Part shown: positions 23,594-36,894 of the stretch, piece by piece
How positions within the stretch are numbered: the stretch's first letter is position 1
Layout: each line of letters opens with the position of its first letter
From: Chiloscyllium plagiosum
Lineage: Eukaryota
Length of the DNA: 64,000 nt
NCBI RefSeq assembly: GCF_004010195.1
Contig: NC_057737.1
Location: 1,455,418 to 1,519,417 of the forward strand
Reading direction: 5' to 3'
Translations under genes and position numbers: made by a program
Notes under the pieces: generated by a model
Databases searched by the model: none
Told to the model about the DNA's origin: nothing
The model's input: the letters and a program-made list of their open reading frames with translations, nothing else

Positions 23594-24416
23594 GTGTTTG
23601 GTGGGTGCGTGCGTGCGTGTGTTTGGTGCGTGCGTGCGTGTGTTTGGTGCGTGCGTGCGTGTGTTTGGTGCGTGCGTGCGTGTGTTTGGTGCGTGCGTGC
23701 GTGTGTTTGGTGCGTGCGTGCGTGTGTTTGGTGCGTGCGTGCGTGTGTTTGGTGCGTGCGTGCGTGTGTTTGGTGCGTGCGTGCGTGTGTTTGGTGCGTG
23801 CGTGCGTGTGTTTGGTGCGTGCGTGCGTGTGTTTGGTGCGTGCGTGCGTGTGTTTGGTGCGTGCGTGCGTGTGTTTGGTGCGTGCGTGCGTGTGTTTGGT
23901 GCGTGCGTGCGTGTGTTTGGTGCGTGCGTGCGTGTGTTTGGTGCGTGCGTGCGTGTGTTTGGTGCGTGCGTGCGTGTGTTTGGTGCGTGCGTGCGTGTGT
24001 TTGGTGCGTGCGTGCGTGTGTTTGGTGCGTGCGTGCGTGTGTTTGGTGCGTGCGTGCGTGTGTTTGGTGCGTGCGTGCGTGTGTTTGGTGCGTGCGTGCG
24101 TGTGTTTGGTGCGTGCGTGCGTGTGTTTGGTGCGTGCGTGCGTGTGTTTGGTGCGTGCGTGCGTGTGTTTGGTGCGTGCGTGCGTGTGTTTGGTGCGTGC
24201 GTGCGTGTGTTTGGTGCGTGCGTGCGTGTGTTTGGTGCGTGCGTGCGTGTGTTTGGTGCGTGCGTGCGTGTGTTTGGTGCGTGCGTGCGTGTGTTTGGTG
24301 CGTGCGTGCGTGTGTTTGGTGCGTGCGTGCGTGTGTTTGGTGCGTGCGTGCGTGTGTTTGGTGCGTGCGTGCGTGTGTTTGGTGCGTGCGTGCGTGTGTT
24401 TGGTGCGTGCGTGCGT
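23594..24416. repeat. 21-bp minisatellite (GCGTGTGTTTGGTGCGTGCGT)n, ~38-39 near-perfect copies, within a (GT)-rich tract ~23370-24600
   Basis: Direct inspection; gives 7-aa periodicity in the ORF track. Confidence 0.95.
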
Positions 24417-24759
24417 GGCGTGCGTGTGTGTGTTTGGTGCATGTGTGTTTGGTGCGTGCGCGAGTGTGTGTTTGGTGCGTGCGTGTGTGTGTGTGTGTTT
24501 GGTGCGTGTGTGTGTTTGTGCGTTTTTGTGTTTGTGCGTGTTTGTGAGTGTGTTGTGTGTGTTTGTGAGAGTTTGAGAGAGAGAGCGAGAGAGCGAGAGA
24601 GACCAGAATAGTGAGGATATGCGGGAGAGGAAAAGCTAAATAGTCCAGGACTCATCTCACCAGAAGGTGAAACTCTGGCCTGATAGATATTAAACCAGCT
24701 CAACAGGGTGGACAGAGATTTCCATTTGGGTGACGGATCAGAAAAATAATAATCACAAA

Positions 24760-24835
24760 AGTGCGGCACTCCCTCAGCACTGATCCTCCGACAGTGCGGT
24801 GCTCCCTCAGCACTGACCCTCTGACAGTGCGATGC
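24760..24835. repeat. Short tandem of a Deu-SINE-derived unit (CTCCCTCAGCACTGA..CTC.GACAGTGCG)
   Basis: Two adjacent similar units visible. Confidence 0.55.
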
Positions 24836-25714
24836 TCTGGTTCTACCCATGCTGAGTCCAGAGGTCAGAGAGGACTCCTATCCCTGTTAACCACATCACC
24901 AGCTGTCTCCACTGTGGAGGGTCAGTGTCACTGAGGAAGCAAAGCCTTGACCATGGCTGAAGTCCTGGTGAGTTTCCCACCGTTCTCCTCCTGACCCCCC
25001 ACCCGGACTCCCTGATGAACTGGTTTTCACTCTCCCACAGCAGCCATACCTGTTCGGGAATGAGATTCATGGCTAAAGGCACAAAAGCAGAAAACGCTTG
25101 AGAGAACACAGGGTGTCCACTGGAGGAGCCACAAAACCTGACAGCAAAACTGGTGGCTGCTTGTTGCAGAGTGTGACCACCCCACACCGAGTTACAGAAT
25201 CTCACCAGAGCTGTTGGGAATCAGACAGTTATCCCTGAGCTCATGGAGTGGAGAATAATGTCCTTCCCATATCTGGTCCCGCCCACAAGCAGATGGGGGC
25301 TTCATTCAAGGGTGGTGTCACACCTGCATCAGAGAGACTTGGTCCTAACCAATCCCTAAGACAGTGTTAAATATTATTGCCATCCATGGCAGTGGCCTAT
25401 CACCACTGATCTGTGACATCGTACTGACTGAAGATCATTGCCCACACATTGGCTTCTGCTAACTTGCACTGAAAACAAAAGCAGACAGATCACTAGCTCA
25501 TCACATCATGGTTTAGTTTTGGGGGGGTCTCTTAACGTGTACAAATTAGCCCCACATTTCCTACTCCTGCCACTACTTTCAATATCCTTCATTGATAATA
25601 GAGTGCTTTGGGACACAATGAAACTGTATCAAGGCAGGATCTTGGGAATATCGCCTTTAAAGGCAAAATTCCCATATGTGGAGACCTTCAACGTGCTTTA
25701 TCAATATGCGTAAC

Positions 25715-26575
25715 AAACAAAAACAGAAATTGCTCAAGAAACTCAGCAGGTCTGGTAGCACCTGTGAAGATACACACACCCCCTCCCCTGCCCTGCCAGC
25801 CATCTGCAGGGCCCATTCACCCCAGGACACCTTGGTCTTCTCCTCCTCCTCCTCCATTCCCACCATCCCCCCCCGTCCCCTTCCCACACAATCTGTGTCC
25901 ATTTATCTACTCTTTCCTCAATTTCCAAAGTGCCAAACACACACCCCCATTGAAGCAGTGTTTTGCCTGCACTTCACTCAATCCAATCAACTGCGTTCGC
26001 TGCTCACAATGTGGTTCCCTCTCCCTTGGGGAAGCCAAGGGTAGACAGGGGCACCGCTTTGCAGACCACCTACATTCTGCCTGCATAAAAGCCCCTGAGC
26101 TTCCAGCTGCCTGCCACCTCAACAGCCCACTGTGTGTTCCCTGGCCAACATCCCCATCTCAGGCTTGCTGCAGTGCTCCAGCAAAGCTCAGCACAAGCTG
26201 GAAGAACAGCACCTCATTTTGTGCTTGGGAAGCCTGCAGCCTTCAGGAACATCTCCTTCCAGGTCCTTTCAGTACAGCTAACCCATTCCCGCCTCCTCAT
26301 AGACCCAGTCAGCATTTCCCAGGCTTCTCTTCTTTCCTGGTATACCATGAACAAACACTTTGCCTGCTCACCATTTTTCCCTCTCTCTGGGATCCATCTC
26401 CATCTATTTCCTCAGTCCTCTCCCAGCATCAGCAAATATACCACCTTTTTCCAGCTGCTACTGGTTCTGAATAAGGGTCAGTGGACTCAAAACATGAATG
26501 CTTTTTCTCTTCGCAAACGGAGACTGCTGAGTTTCTCCAGTACTTTTTTGTCATTTGTTTCAAACTTCCAGTATC
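25715..26575 (+). mobile_element. Penelope-like remnant with GIY-YIG endonuclease relic
   Basis: FACTSLNPINCVRCSQCGSLSLGEAKGRQGHRFADHL...ACHLNS resembles the PLE GIY-YIG (CxxC, YIGET, RFAEH); terminal repeat fragments on both sides. Confidence 0.75.
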
Positions 26576-26999
26576 CAGAGTTATTGACTTTATTTTGTCA
26601 AAATGTGCCACTGACTGAATGCAAGAGACACCTAATGTCCAGCTCAGCAACGTGCACTTTGCGATAGATCTCCACAGCCTGTCACCCCACTACAGGAATG
26701 AAAGGGAACAAAAGGCATTTTCTGTTCCCCTCTGATGTGATAAACATATACCCTGCCAGGCAGAGGAAAGCTGAAAACAGACAAAACCCAGAAGTGGAAT
26801 CGAATGACACATTTGCCAAGTTAAAATGTTAATCACAGAAGTGGAGATTCTCAGGGGTTTCACAGTTAGGAAACGAGCAGGAAGCTGGAGGAAGCAGTCA
26901 GAATGTGAGCTGGTTGCCTCTCTCCCCCTTTGGAAGAAAGCTAGACAAGGGCTTGTCGCCCAGGAGAGGCTGCACGGCAACCACAAGATCAGCTACTTC

Positions 27000-28000
27000 A
27001 CAGAACATTCCAGCGCAGTACAGGCCCTTCGGCCCTCGATGTTGCATCGATCTATGGAACCAATCTGAAGCCCATTTATCCTACACCATTCCATTCTTGT
27101 CCATATGTTTATCCAAAGACCATTTAAATGCCCTTTCCACGCCCCTCGTACCCTCTGCAGCACGACCTTGTGGCTCTGAAACGCAATCCCTCTACCGAGA
27201 AAAGCCAACACACTGTATGCCTTCTGAACAGCCCTATCAATCTGGGTGGCAACTTTCAGGGATCTATGTACATGGACACAGATCTCTCTGCTCATCCACA
27301 TTACCAAGAATCTTATCATTAGCCCAGTACTCTGCATTCCTGTTGCTCCTTCCAAAGTGAATCACCTCTCACTTTTCTGCATTAAGGTCCATTTGCCACC
27401 TCTCAGCCCAGCTCTGCAGCTTATCTATGTCCCCCTGCAACCTGCAACATCCTTCGTCACTATCCACAACTCCACTGTCCTTAGTGTCATCTGTAAATTT
27501 ACTAACCCATCCTTCTATGCCCTCATCCAGATCATTTATGAAAGTAACAAGCAACAGTGGCCCCAAAATAAATCCTTGTGGTACACCACTCGTAACTAAA
27601 CTCCAGGATGGATGTTTCCCATCAACCACCACCCTCTGTCTTCTTTTAACTTGCCAATTTCTGATCCAAACCGCTAAATCACTCTCAATGCCATACCTCT
27701 GTATTTTGTGCAATAGCCTCCCGTGGGGAACCTTATCAAACACCTTACTGAAATCCATATAAACCACATCAAATGCTTTACCCTCATCCACCTGTCTGAT
27801 CACCATCTCAAAGAACTCAATAATGTTTGAGAGGCACGGCCTACCCTTCACAAAACTGTGTTGACTATCCCAAATCATTTTATTCCGATCAAGATGATTA
27901 TAAATCCTACCTCTTATAATCTTTTCCAACACTTTAGCCACAACCGAAGTTAGGCTCACTGGTCTATAATTACCAGATGTCTCTACTCCCCTTCTTGAAC
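27000..28000 (-). mobile_element. CR1 LINE RT fragment
   Basis: NYRPVSLTSVV...VYMDFSKVFDKVPH...GVPQG..LGP...KFTDDTK. Confidence 0.92.
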
Positions 28001-28069
28001 AATCGAATTCCTTCATTAAAAGCACTATGCTGGAGAACTCAGCAAGTCTGACAGCGTCTGTAGAGATGC

Positions 28070-28680
28070 TTTGAGTGGATGTTAATGTGCTTGAACATGG
28101 TAGAAACGTTTGCACAGGAGGTGCAGAAATTAAGGAATTAGGGCTTTTATTGCAAAGGATTTGAAGTTTAGAAATATTCAATTCATGTTCCATCTGTACG
28201 GAGTATTGGTGAGGCCACATCAGGAGGATTGGACAGTTCTGTTCCTGATACTTAAGGGTGTGCTGGTAGCTCACAAGAGATTCACTGGGCTATTTCTGGG
28301 ATGAAGGGTTGACTTACACAAAACAGTTTAAGTCTTTATTGAGTTTTTAAAGAACGCAGTAAGGTTGGAGGGTAGATATGGTGACGATGTTCCCATTCAC
28401 AGAGGAATCTCTCTATTAGATAATAAGGGGTCACTCATTCAAAACAGAGATGGGAAGGAATTTCTTCTCCCAGAGTAAAGACTGTCTGGAATTCTCCATT
28501 CCTGATACTTGGAGTCTAGATCACAGGAGTTGGATAGATTTTTGAAATATCGAGGCATTGAGGGCCATGATGAACTAGCGCAAGAGGAGTGGAGACCTGG
28601 GGCAGATCAGCCATGATCAGGATGGATAGCAGGTCAGGTTCGATGGGGCCAAATGGCCTACTCCTGCTCCTAAATTCTTA
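28070..28680 (+). mobile_element. Degenerate CR1 3' fragment
   Basis: LVRPH-like motif and tail AAATGGCCTACTCCTGCTCCTA. Confidence 0.7.
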
Positions 28681-30020
28681 AGACCCCTCTGGGAACCCCA
28701 GTACTTTTTATTTCAGAGCTAATTCTTAGCTCTATCATTCTCCAGAGTGGAGTGTATCAGATACAGACAGAAAACAAGGATTTTACTCAAAATCTTTTAA
28801 TTGAGTTCTGACATTTTACCATCAAACACAAACTAAACTCCCCAAACCGATAGCTCAGACAGTGTCAAATTCCTCATCCAGACACTGATCAACAAGATTT
28901 TAAACTATCCATTAAATACCAAGTGCAATAATTGTTGAAATAATCAGAGTCCAGGAGCAGTCTGTGTGTGAAGCCTCAATCTGGTCACTCCTTTTACCTC
29001 ATTACTGAACAACCAAGTCTCAGGGTTTGTAAATATCACAGAGACTGGCTGGAGGCAAATGAAATTAGACTTTAGGACAGGCCTGTGTGGCTGGATCAGA
29101 GCACAGAGATTTAAATCTCATTCGAGAATTTGAATACAGTTTGAAATTCTCAAACTAAGTCAGTTATAGTTTTTTACATAACACCTGTGAGTTGGTCAAG
29201 TTGTCAGCCTTTCAGGGTGAGTGTTCACCCAGGTGGGATCCACACTTCACTCCAAACCCAAACACCTATGTACTTCACTGAAGTGCTGTCTCAAAGGCGC
29301 CAATGTCCTACCAGATCATAGGGGGCTACTCTCTCATTCCAGGGGAGAGCACTCAAGGTGACTGGTGGTGGTTTAATTGGAGGGTCAAGGGGAGAGGTCG
29401 AGATGGTGTGCCCTTCATGTTAACCTCAGCCAGTGCAGGAAGTGAACCCTCACTCACTCTGCACTGCAATCCAGGTAACTAAGCTAACTGAACCCCCCGA
29501 AGCATCCCAGCAAACTCCTCAGTTTTAACCGAAATCCCATCTCAGATTTTTACAGACAGACAATAAATGCCAATCTCTCGCTGAGAGTGAATGATAAGAG
29601 GATATTGGTTTAAACTCAGCATACCAACTGTGTTACACCTTCCTCAGGACCCCGTGTCTGGCACGATCACAGGAAAACATCTAACAGCAGCAGCCTCTGT
29701 ATGATCCATCAGCATCATGCTACTTTCAACCTCACCCCACAGCTTGCTTCAGAAAATTTACCCAGCAATAAAGTACTGCTTGCTAACAAAACATTATTAA
29801 AACAGGGCTCCTCAGAATAAGACCCTTGGTCCATGCTCATAGCAAACTGCAGGGGCCTTCCACATCGGGCCATGTGGCTCACACACATGGCGAGAGGTTG
29901 ATTAGAAGCAGACCGCAGTTCGAGGGGAAAGCGTATACACAGAGTAGGGTTCACATAGTGTGTCTGATGATTCAGGGCCAGCAAGGAGTCACTTCAGAAA
30001 GACAGCAAGGAATAGCAGAG

Positions 30021-30143
30021 TCACTTCTTCACCTTCACACACAGCTTCAACTGCACATCACAGAGAAAGACGTTCATTAAATCCTGGCCCACGTCTTGGG
30101 CAATTTTACCGATCAGCTGACCTCCCTGGCCAATTAACAACTT
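30021..30143 (-). CDS. ERAL1: ERAL1 last coding exon (end of KH domain)
   Basis: CAG|KLLIGQGGQLIGKIAQDVGQDLMNVFLCDVQLKLCVKVKK*; aligns with the human C-terminus. Confidence 0.95.
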   Translation of the reverse strand, partial: KLLIGQGGQLIGKIAQDVGQDLMNVFLCDVQLKLCVKVKK

Positions 30144-31149
30144 CTGTGGAGACAAAATTTCAAAACACACTAAGTACTATGATCTCAATGTTGTTATTAA
30201 ACTCCAGAATAAAACCTTGCTCGATGGGTCATTTTGTTTGGGTTTTAACAAGGTGGCCTTTCATTGAAACACAAGCACACAGTGCTGTGGATTTGGGAGC
30301 TGGTTTAAACAAAAACTTCTTTATTACATAAAGACAGACAAAATTGTACACACCAAACTATTTACATACAACACACATTTCAAGGTTTCAAAGCACAGTT
30401 GTAATAAAATGCCAGCAGCATGCCATGCTGTTACTCAAACACCAAAGAGAATGCCCTCCTCTATCCCACAGACCTTGACTTGAAAGAAGCTTCAATTCCT
30501 GGTCATGTGAGTCTGATCACCTCTTCCTTGATTTGTCATAACTGAGCTTCGACGTTCTCAGCTTCACATAACCCCTTTCAGGATTTTAACCAAACACTTC
30601 TGGTCTGGAGTCTTTAAACTCACCTTACATTCAGGTTAACCTAGCTTTAACACTTCTAAATTATCGCTTCCTTGCTCAAGAGCAGCTGCTTTCCACATCC
30701 AACTAAGAAACCTGCAGAACTTTCAAATGGAGGAGAAAAGGCAGGAAAGCAGAGATGAGGGTTATCAGACGAGCCACAATCTCACTGATGAGCAGAGCAG
30801 ACTCGATGGGCTACTGCTGCTCTTTATGTCTCCTGGCCTTTTTTCACCATCTCACATCCAGTGAGCCAAGTGAGTGTAGTAGCTCAATACATCAGTAAAT
30901 AAATGAATTAGATGTTGATCTAAAGCAGTACGTTGGAGATAATTAAAGGAGTTGATATGGTAGATGCAGAGAAATCATTTACTCGGGTTAATGTGGTCTG
31001 GAACAAAGGGACATCACTTTAAAATAAGGACTAGTTCATTCAAGAAGTAAGTCAAGTGAAGATATCTTTAATTGAAGAGATGAATAGACTAACATGTCGC
31101 ACTGTGAACACAGCAAATATGCAGCAGGTTGTGTAAAGAACAAACCAAC

Positions 31150-32585
31150 TTGAACTCCTCTGACTTTCTCCAGGTCAAACAGCTGGTCATGGGTACCACA
31201 TGAGCCCCAGTAACACCTCAATCTTTGTGGGGTCCACAGAACATTTCTTGTTCCAGTCCTACTCAGGTCCCTCCCCACAACTTTCCCTTCATCATTGCTG
31301 CTGCTCCCCTTTCTCATCAGAATTGGAAAAATTGATTAAGTTTGCTTCCAGTTCCCACCCCTCTCTCACCATCACCTGCTCCATCGCTGAGTCCTCCCTT
31401 CCCTTCCTCAACATCTGTTTCCATTTCTGGGGATAGGCTGACCACTGATACCCATAACAAACCCACTGACTCCCAGTTACCTAGACTGGACATCCTCTCA
31501 CCCTGCTTCCTGCAAGGTCTCCACCTCATTCTCCTTGGCATCTGCTCTGACAATGCCACCTTCAACCCAGTGCAGCCTCTGAAACATCCACCTTCTTCCT
31601 CAGCCGAGGATTCCCCAACACCGTTGCCAACAGGTGGACACAGCGCCCAACCCATTTCCCGCACTTCAGCCGTCACCCTCTGTCTTCCCTCCCACAACAG
31701 TGAGAGGGTGCCCCCATGTCCTCACCTACCATCCCACCAGCATCCAAACCAAAAGGATCATTAGCCTCCACCAGACACATTGCCCTTCCCTTCCTGCTGG
31801 CCTTCTGCAGGGACCTACGCTCCATGACACCCTGGTCCACTCCTCCATCACTCCCAATATCTCCCCAGACCCCCACAGAACCTTCCTATGCATTTGCAGA
31901 AAATGTAACACCTGCCTGTTACTTCCTTACTCCTCACTATCCAATGCCCAGATACACCTTTCAGGTGAAGCAGCGATTTATCTGTACTTCACACAATCTA
32001 GTCGACTGTATTTGCTGCTCACAATGTGGCCTCCTCCTTTACTGGGGAAACAAAGTGCAAACTGGGGGCCCGCTGTGCAGAATACATAGGCTCTGGCTGC
32101 AAAAACAGACTGAGCTTCCTGTTGCCTGCCACCGTGTTCCCTGTCTCAGGTTTGCTGCAGTGCTCCAGCACCTCCTTTTTCATTTGGAAACCCTGCAGCT
32201 TTCAGGACTCAATACTGAGTTCAGGAAGGTTAGGGCCTGAGCACTTTCCTCCATTTCCTTTATCCCCACACACCTCCAGCCTGGTCATCACAATGGCTGC
32301 TTTCAAAGGCAACCGATTTTCACTCACAAATGGTCTCCATTAGCAGCTTCTATCTCTCTCCGCGGCTCAGCATTACTCATTCCATTGTCTGCCTGACTGC
32401 TGCTCTCTCTCTCACTGTCTCTGGAGGTTCCATCTCCACCTAGCATTTATACTTTCCCTTCCCCACCTTCAACATATATACCACATTTCCCTAGTTAGAG
32501 TCAGCTCTGGAGAAAGGTCACTGGACGCAAAATGTTAACTTGTCTCTCCAGACCCGTTGAGTTTCTCCGGTAATCTTTGTTTTTG
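31150..32585 (+). mobile_element. Penelope-like element remnant (RT + GIY-YIG) in an ERAL1 intron
   Basis: SIFVG, LPFLN, NKPTDS, FICTSHNLVDCICCSQCGLLLYWG motifs with frameshifts. Confidence 0.8.
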
Positions 32586-32879
32586 TTACAAAGAGAACTG
32601 CTTCGGGTTGAGTTCAGGTTGGCCACAAGGAGCAGTTTGGACACCCCTACTTTAAAAGGGACATATGGAAAGGGAACTGTAACACTCTGAATTTTGTCCT
32701 TGTTTACATGTAATGCTACGTGTGTGACTGTATGGTACAGAAAGGTGGGCAGCTTCTTTATAAGCAGAGCTGTAATTAACTCTTTCAGAAAGACATGTGT
32801 TTTCATAACTGAATAACAACACCGTGAATCCAGCTAGGCCCTGATTACAGCACAGCTTCTATCCCGCATGGATACTGAC

Positions 32880-32960
32880 CGCATGGTTCTTCCTGGCGAC
32901 TGTGATGTTCTGTAGAATTCGGAGCTCCCCGCTCGGCCCTTCTTCCCACAGTTCAGTGCT
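32880..32960 (-). CDS. ERAL1: ERAL1 exon
   Basis: STELWEEGPSGELRILQNITVARKNHA, 81 nt, AG/GT bounded. Confidence 0.93.
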
Positions 32961-32994
32961 CTGAAAGAGCAAGAGGCAGTTAATCTGGCTGTTA

Positions 32995-33330
32995 TAGAGT
33001 CATAGGGATGTACAACACAGAAAAAGATCCTCTTGTCCAACTCGTCCATGCTGACCAGATATCCAAAACTAATCTAGTCATATTGATCAGCACTTGGCCC
33101 ATATCCCTCCAAACCCTTCCTATTACGATACCCATCCAGATGCCTTTTAAATGTTGCAATTGTACCAGCCTCCACCACATCCTCTGGCAGCTCATTCCAT
33201 ACACACATCACCCTCTGCATGAAAAAGTTGCCTCTTAGGTCTCTTTTATATCTTTCCCCTTTCACCCTAAACCTCTAGTTGCCCTCTAGTTCTGGACTCC
33301 CCCACCCCAGGGAAAAGACCTTGTCTATTT
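32995..33330 (-). mobile_element. CR1 3' end
   Basis: GERYKRDLRGNFF..RV..WNELP plus (CTATGA) tail. Confidence 0.85.
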
Positions 33331-34226
33331 TTGAAACTTCCGATTACAAATACAGCCATTTCTTCTATAAATCAATAATCGCATTCCAGTGTTAGACAAG
33401 AATCACACAATACAAATAGCACTTAAAGTATTGACCATGCAATTTGTTAAAACTTTTTTGCCTCTCATTGTCTCTCATGCTCAACTCTGGTACTCCTCGC
33501 AGGTCTGATTTACACAACTCCCCCATGGAAACTGCTCATAAAGTTTATCCAAGTCAAAAGTTTCTGTGCTGACCCAGATCAACAGGTTTGAGGGCATCAC
33601 AGCCAAGATTGGGTCAGTACCATCCACTCAGATGACAGGAAGCGATGGGAGGTAGTGTTGGTGCAAAGGCAACAGGAGTGGGCAACTGAAAAATAAAATG
33701 CCCTCATTGGAACGAATTTGCCCCTCATTAAAGGGAGATATTCAGATCCCTAGTGTTGACACAAAATACATTCAGGTCATCTTTAGCATTCTCTATACTC
33801 AGAGAAACAACTTCTGAAAACAACAGTGCACAACATCTCATCTCCCTTGCTTGCCATCTTGGTGAGTGAGGTACACTCTCATGCTGGGATCCAAAAGCAA
33901 CAGAGGAATAGATCGGCAGAAACATTGCTCAAAGCTTCACAGTCAGTGAGCCATTCAGAAATGTACCCCGAGTGGAAGAGAAAACAGGACAGCCAAGATC
34001 TCTCACAACAGGGAGATGACCAACCATGGCCAAAACACCAAAATCTCCTTCAATGGGGCCAAGGAAGCTTAGTCACCGACCTGGAGATAGACAGAACCTT
34101 GTCTAAATAGCTCAGTAATGGATGAAGGATACTGAAACTCACTTCAGTACCACCTGCCCAGAGGCTTTCAGATTGAAACCAGAGAGGCCTGCGAAGAGCC
34201 AGTGCAGCCCAACCACCCACCATTAC

Positions 34227-34376
34227 CTGAGTGATGTTGTATGGCACCTCTTGAGGCAGGTATTCCAATAATCGCTCTCGGATCAGGTTACGACAGATCT
34301 CCTGGGGTGACTGGTCAGTGAGGACAGCACTGTGATAATCCCAGGATCCTGGCTTGGCTTGTGATATCAGGTACCG
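34227..34376 (-). CDS. ERAL1: ERAL1 exon
   Basis: RYLISQAKPGSWDYHSAVLTDQSPQEICRNLIRERLLEYLPQEVPYNITQ, 150 nt. Confidence 0.95.
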
Positions 34377-35051
34377 CTGGATACAGGAAAAAGTTCATGG
34401 TGTAGGATTTCAAGATTTTTTTGGAAACATGAAAAGACATCCTTGAACCCACTGACACTTTATTTCAGTGACGTTCCCCAATTACTCCAATAGCTCCTTC
34501 TGCAAACTGCCCAAATTATTTACATTAATAACATTTGATAAGTGTCTCTGAACATCGGATGACACTAAAAAATGCTGCATAAAAGTAGTAATTACTGAAC
34601 TACTTACTAGCATTTCCTATACAGCCTGAATGGATTTTCAAACATGACTTTTAAAGTTCTGAACACACCAAAGGAATTAGGAAAGAGATTGTCTTTAACT
34701 ATCCTAACAACTTCTTTAATCATTTAAAAAATGTTAATTAAATCATCCATTAATTGCCTATATTTAAAGGACAGTAAACTCCCTTTGTGCAGTCTGTCCT
34801 TCTAATTTAACTTATGTAGCCCAGGTATCATTTTGCTAAATCTGTGCTGCACTGCTCCAAGACCATCATATCCATATCTGAGAGACAGTGCAAGGACTGA
34901 ACACAGTTACACCAACTGTTTTCTCTCTAAAGTTTTAATTAACCCTTCACATTGCTGATTGTCTGGGAACTAAAAGCGAATATTTCATGAACTTTTCCGT
35001 TATGTTTTGCACCCATCATGCTACTGAGCAATTGAAAATGGTTTTGCTTAC

Positions 35052-35510
35052 CTGCAGAGTTTCCACTTCCTCCCCGTTGATAGCTGAAAGCATAAACACT
35101 TCAGTGAAGTGAGGCCAGCCCTGCTGGTTTTTCAAACCTCTGCACGGCTCAGTTAATCGCTTCTCCTGCCCTATGGGCTCTGGATTTGCTGATTGCTGTA
35201 TGCTGCTCTCACCGTCAGAGATGTGGTCAAGAGATTGGTCTGTATGAGGTATCTCCAGGTTTCTCTGCCAAGAGGCAGTGGGGGCTCTCTTATGCGTAAC
35301 AGACGTGTTGTCCATGGCTCCAGATTCAACTGCTGTCCCACACTCTTTCCTCCCAGTTCTACTTTTTCCAGACAAATTTCCAGTCAGAGCATTCTGCTTC
35401 AGCGAAGAATTGAACTTGGATTTTACTTTCAGTTTCTTATTGTTCACGAATCCTTCAGTCAGCTTGGCGGTCAATTCCAGGAGGAGGCCTTTATCCTTTA
35501 ATCCGTCCAC
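35052..35510 (-). CDS. ERAL1: ERAL1 exon (end of G4, variable insert, G5 SA motif)
   Basis: VDGLKDKGLLLELTAKLTEG...GWPHFTEVFMLSAINGEEVETLQ, 459 nt. Confidence 0.95.
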
Positions 35511-36129
35511 CTAGCGCCAACCAACAAACAACAGTGACAGAATCAATTGGCTGGGTTTTGTGTGTGTGTGTTCTGCAGGACTAATTTCATTGACATGTAG
35601 CCCACTGCATTCATCTTGTTAATGTTCCCTCTTCAAATGGAAGACTTGCATTTCCATAGCAGCTTGCGCATTCTTACAACGGACCCGAAGCTCTTTACTG
35701 TGCAGTCACTTGTGTATGCCAGGAACACAGCAGCTAGTTCACATCAACTCCCACAGACAGCAATGAACAAACAATCAAATCAGAACAGATGGCTTTTTGC
35801 AGTAAACAGACATTACTTGTAGGATGAACGTTTATCAGGGAAACACAGGAGAACTTTACAACACTTGTTAGAAATGTTAAGGTGGGATCTCTTAAGTCCA
35901 TCTGAGGAAACTCACATCAATAGTGCCACACTCCACAGGCCTGCAGCAAGATCAGCAGCTGCAGAAGATGGGGGCCCAATCTTCTCATTTGGAGTTGTGC
36001 TACACTCTCGAGAAATGGGTTTATTTCAATGAGGTCTCTTATATTGTTTATTTAATTCCCAAGATATTTCCTTCTGGAAGGATGTCCAAGTTCCCAAAAC
36101 AGTGGTGAGTCAAGAAATGAGAAGCTTGG

Positions 36130-36483
36130 GAAGTTTATAAAATCATGAGGGGCATGGATAGGATAAATAGACAAAGTCTTTTCCCTGGGGTGGGCGAGTC
36201 CAGAACTAGAGGGCATAGGTTTAGGGTGAGAGGGGAAAGATATAAAAGAGACCGAAGGGGCAGAGGGTGGTACGTGTATGGAATGAGCTGCCAGAGGATG
36301 TGGTGGAGGCTGGTACAATTACAGCATTTAAAAGGCACCTGGATGGGTATATGAATAGGAAGGGTTTGGATGGATATGGGCCGGGTGCTGGCAGGTGGGA
36401 CTAGATTGGGTTGGGATATCTGGTCGGAATGGACGGGTTGGACTGGAGGGTCTGTTTCCGTGCTGTACATTTATGACTCTATG
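36130..36483 (+). mobile_element. CR1 3' end
   Basis: YKIMRGMDRIN...SRTRGHRFRVRGERYKRD plus tail. Confidence 0.85.
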
Positions 36484-36497
36484 TCACAGTTTCTTAC

Positions 36498-36610
36498 CTT
36501 GTTTAAGACCAGAACTGCTGGGACATGGGAATACGTTGTAAGGCATTTCAACAATTCAGTGTGGAGCTTGCTGCGTGTCCAGTGGTCTGAGATGTCTACT
36601 AAAGCAAGCA
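36498..36610 (-). CDS. ERAL1: ERAL1 exon (G4 NK)
   Basis: (V)LALVDISDHWTRSKLHTELLKCLTTYSHVPAVLVLNK, 113 nt. Confidence 0.94.
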
Positions 36611-36702
36611 CTGGGAGGCAAACACAATGAAGGTTTTCACTCAGTCAGCAGGTCCAGGCACATTGAACTGTCTGGATCAAGATAAATTTCTCTCTCACTC
36701 AC

Positions 36703-36764
36703 CCAAGTCTGCTTCTTTCACCGAGTGCCAGGGGTCAACCAGTAAGGATGCCTCCAGGTTGTGC
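36703..36764 (-). CDS. ERAL1: ERAL1 exon
   Basis: (R)HNLEASLLVDPWHSVKEADL, 62 nt. Confidence 0.93.
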
Positions 36765-36847
36765 CTGGCCAGAAGGGAAAGGTAACTTACTGAACAGATC
36801 AGAGAAATCGTAAAATATGAAATAAAGAGAGAGAAAACATGTGGAAC

Positions 36848-36894
36848 CTTTTTCCTTTGATGGCAGGAACGATACCAGGAGTATCCAGAAGAAC
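36848..36894 (-). CDS. ERAL1: ERAL1 exon (G3 DTPG)
   Basis: VLLDTPGIVPAIKGK(R), 47 nt. Confidence 0.93.

Noticed and set aside
23594-24416. CRISPR-like array
   Set aside because: Contiguous tandem units without unique spacers, in a eukaryotic context.
23321-24850. Long ORFs of 327-509 aa on both strands
   Set aside because: They are translations of the stop-free 21-bp minisatellite; there is no protein signal.
25041-25076. Good acceptor (TCTCCCACAG) followed by QPYLFGNEIHG* as pinopsin exon 5
   Set aside because: The peptide lacks helix-8 features; it could be a non-coding exon but there is no support.
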